This document shows, in pieces, positions 62,647 to 64,000 of a stretch of 64,000 nt of DNA. Origin of the DNA: Atribacterota bacterium (GTDB taxonomy: Bacteria; Atribacterota; Phoenicimicrobiia; Phoenicimicrobiales; Stramentimicrobiaceae); contig JAQVGY010000001.1 in assembly GCA_028696495.1 (NCBI GenBank), positions 24,105-88,104 on the forward strand, read 5' to 3'. The translations under genes and the position numbers were made by a program. The notes under the pieces are model-generated. The model saw nothing but the letters and a program-made list of their open reading frames with translations. It did not search any database and had not been told where the DNA came from. Position 1 is the first letter of the stretch. Each line of letters begins with the position of its first letter.

Positions 62647-64000
62647 TTAGCTGTTATTCCTATTTATACCTATTTCCTGACAGATATCCTCTAATCCACA
62701 ACTATTGCATATAGATTGGCGGCAATCATCGGTGTTGGCTTCCTGAATAGCCTTTTCCCATTCACTCCACAAATATTGTTTGCTAACACCACAATCTATC
62801 AAATCCCAGGGCATTATATCATCTTTTCCCCTCTCTCGATGGGCATAAAAAGCCATGTCCAGGTCGAATTTCTGGAAAGACTCCTGCCAGCTCTTGAAAT
62901 TAAAATGTTCCCTCCAGGAATCAAATTTACACCCTCTACGGAAAGCTTCCTCTAAAACATCTCCCAATCTACGATCACCGCGAGAGAAGACAGCTTCCAG
63001 TAATGCTAACTTTGTATCTGAGAAACTTAACGAGATACTATTACTTCTAATCTTTTGTATAATATATCGGAACTTTTTATTTAGTTCCTCTTCTGTCTCT
63101 TGTGCTACCCACTGGAATGGGGTATGGGGTTTTGGAATAAGTGCATTGATACTGATATTTAATGAAAATTTTTTCCCTACTTTTTCCCTGCCCATCATTT
63201 CAACTTTTTTAATCAGCCTGATAATCCCTTCAATGTCTTCCTGAGTTTCAGCCGGCAAACCTACCATAAAATATAGTTTTATCCTTCTCCAGCCCATTTT
63301 AAAAGCATACTGAACAGTACGAAATAGATCCTCTTCACTAACATTCTTGTTAATTATTTTGTTCATTCGTTCAGTGCCAACTTCAGGAGCAAAAGTTAAA
63401 CCGGTTTTTCTTACCCTTTGAGTCTGATTTGCAAGATGTACTGAAAAATTATCTATCCTCAATGATGGCAAAGAGATTCCAACACCTCTATTTTGATAAC
63501 AGTCAACTAACTTTTTTGTCAAACTATCAATCTGGCTGTAATCACTGGAACTCAGGGAAGATAGGGATATTTCCTCATAGCCGGTATTGATAAAGCTATT
63601 TTCTGCTAATTCTAATAAACAACCTACCGAGCGTTCTCTAACCGGTCTATAAATAATGCCGGCCTGGCAAAATCGGCAACCGCGGGTGCAGCCCCTAAAT
63701 ACTTCTAAAGTAATTCTATTGTGAACAACATCAATATTGGGCACAATCGGTGCAATGGGAAAAGGTGTTTTGTCTAAATTTTTTACTATTCTCTTTCTTA
63801 TTTTAAAGGGGGCATGTTTTTCATTTTTCTGAAAAAAACTTATCCTGCCATCAGTATGGTAATTGACTTGATAAAAACTGGGTATGTAGATACCAGGGAG
63901 TCTTACCAGATTGTTCAGAAGTTCTTTTTTACTACTATTTTCACTTTTCCCGTACCAATCTTTATATATGTCTATAATTTCATTGATAACCTCTTCTCCA
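62647..64000 (-). CDS. TIGR03960-type radical SAM protein (3' part; 5' end beyond window)
   Basis: Radical-SAM cluster motif CTRGCRFCQAG. The ORF-track start at 63744 is an internal GTG. The frame is open and conserved-looking (LPGIYIPSFYQVNYHTDGRISFF) up to the window edge. Confidence 0.8.
   Translation of the reverse strand, partial: GEEVINEIIDIYKDWYGKSENSSKKELLNNLVRLPGIYIPSFYQVNYHTDGRISFFQKNEKHAPFKIRKRIVKNLDKTPFPIAPIVPNIDVVHNRITLEVFRGCTRGCRFCQAGIIYRPVRERSVGCLLELAENSFINTGYEEISLSSLSSSDYSQIDSLTKKLVDCYQNRGVGISLPSLRIDNFSVHLANQTQRVRKTGLTFAPEVGTERMNKIINKNVSEEDLFRTVQYAFKMGWRRIKLYFMVGLPAETQEDIEGIIRLIKKVEMMGREKVGKKFSLNISINALIPKPHTPFQWVAQETEEELNKKFRYIIQKIRSNSISLSFSDTKLALLEAVFSRGDRRLGDVLEEAFRRGCKFDSWREHFNFKSWQESFQKFDLDMAFYAHRERGKDDIMPWDLIDCGVSKQYLWSEWEKAIQEANTDDCRQSICNSCGLEDICQEIGINRNNS

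Overview
The window is a 64-kb, AT-rich (about 30% GC) bacterial chromosomal segment in which every gene I could support is on the minus strand.

Gene content, reading with transcription from high to low coordinates:
- 62647-64000: a radical-SAM protein of TIGR03960 type (5' end beyond the window), its TIGR03936/DUF2344 partner, RNase G/E, rplU and rpmA, a terminator, then obg.
- 51548-57860: a Tol/Ton-like cluster made of a TolB-N-like/TPR giant, ExbB, ExbD and a TolA/TonB-like stalk carrying a DUF3048 domain.
- 41802-51524: xerD, mtnP (MTAP)/mtnA with an intervening small export protein, murA, mreB, an S55 (SpoIVB)-like peptidase and ispD-ispE-ispF.
- 34906-41685: DUF1844, a TPR protein, nadD-yqeK-LCP-rsfS, two membrane proteins and pgk.
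- 25066-34580: a CsoR-family (C-K-C, CstR-like) repressor followed by mcsA-mcsB-clpC-radA-yacL-cysS-sigH.
- 1-25024: tRNA-Thr/Tyr/Thr, tuf copy 2, rpmG (found by hand), tRNA-Trp, secE, nusG, rplKAJL, rpoB, rpoC (1706 aa), rpsL, rpsG, fusA, tuf copy 1 and the S10/spc ribosomal-protein genes down to rplX.

The Bacillus-like synteny (mcsAB-clpC-radA-yacL...cysS...sigH-rpmG-secE-nusG) is clear. There are lineage-atypical traits: no ctsR, no disA, an L27 without the Prp-cleaved propeptide, and a giant beta-prime with BBM-like inserts.

No CRISPR array, transposase or prophage signal was seen. Where the six-frame ORF track visibly over-extends an N-terminus, I give my preferred start.
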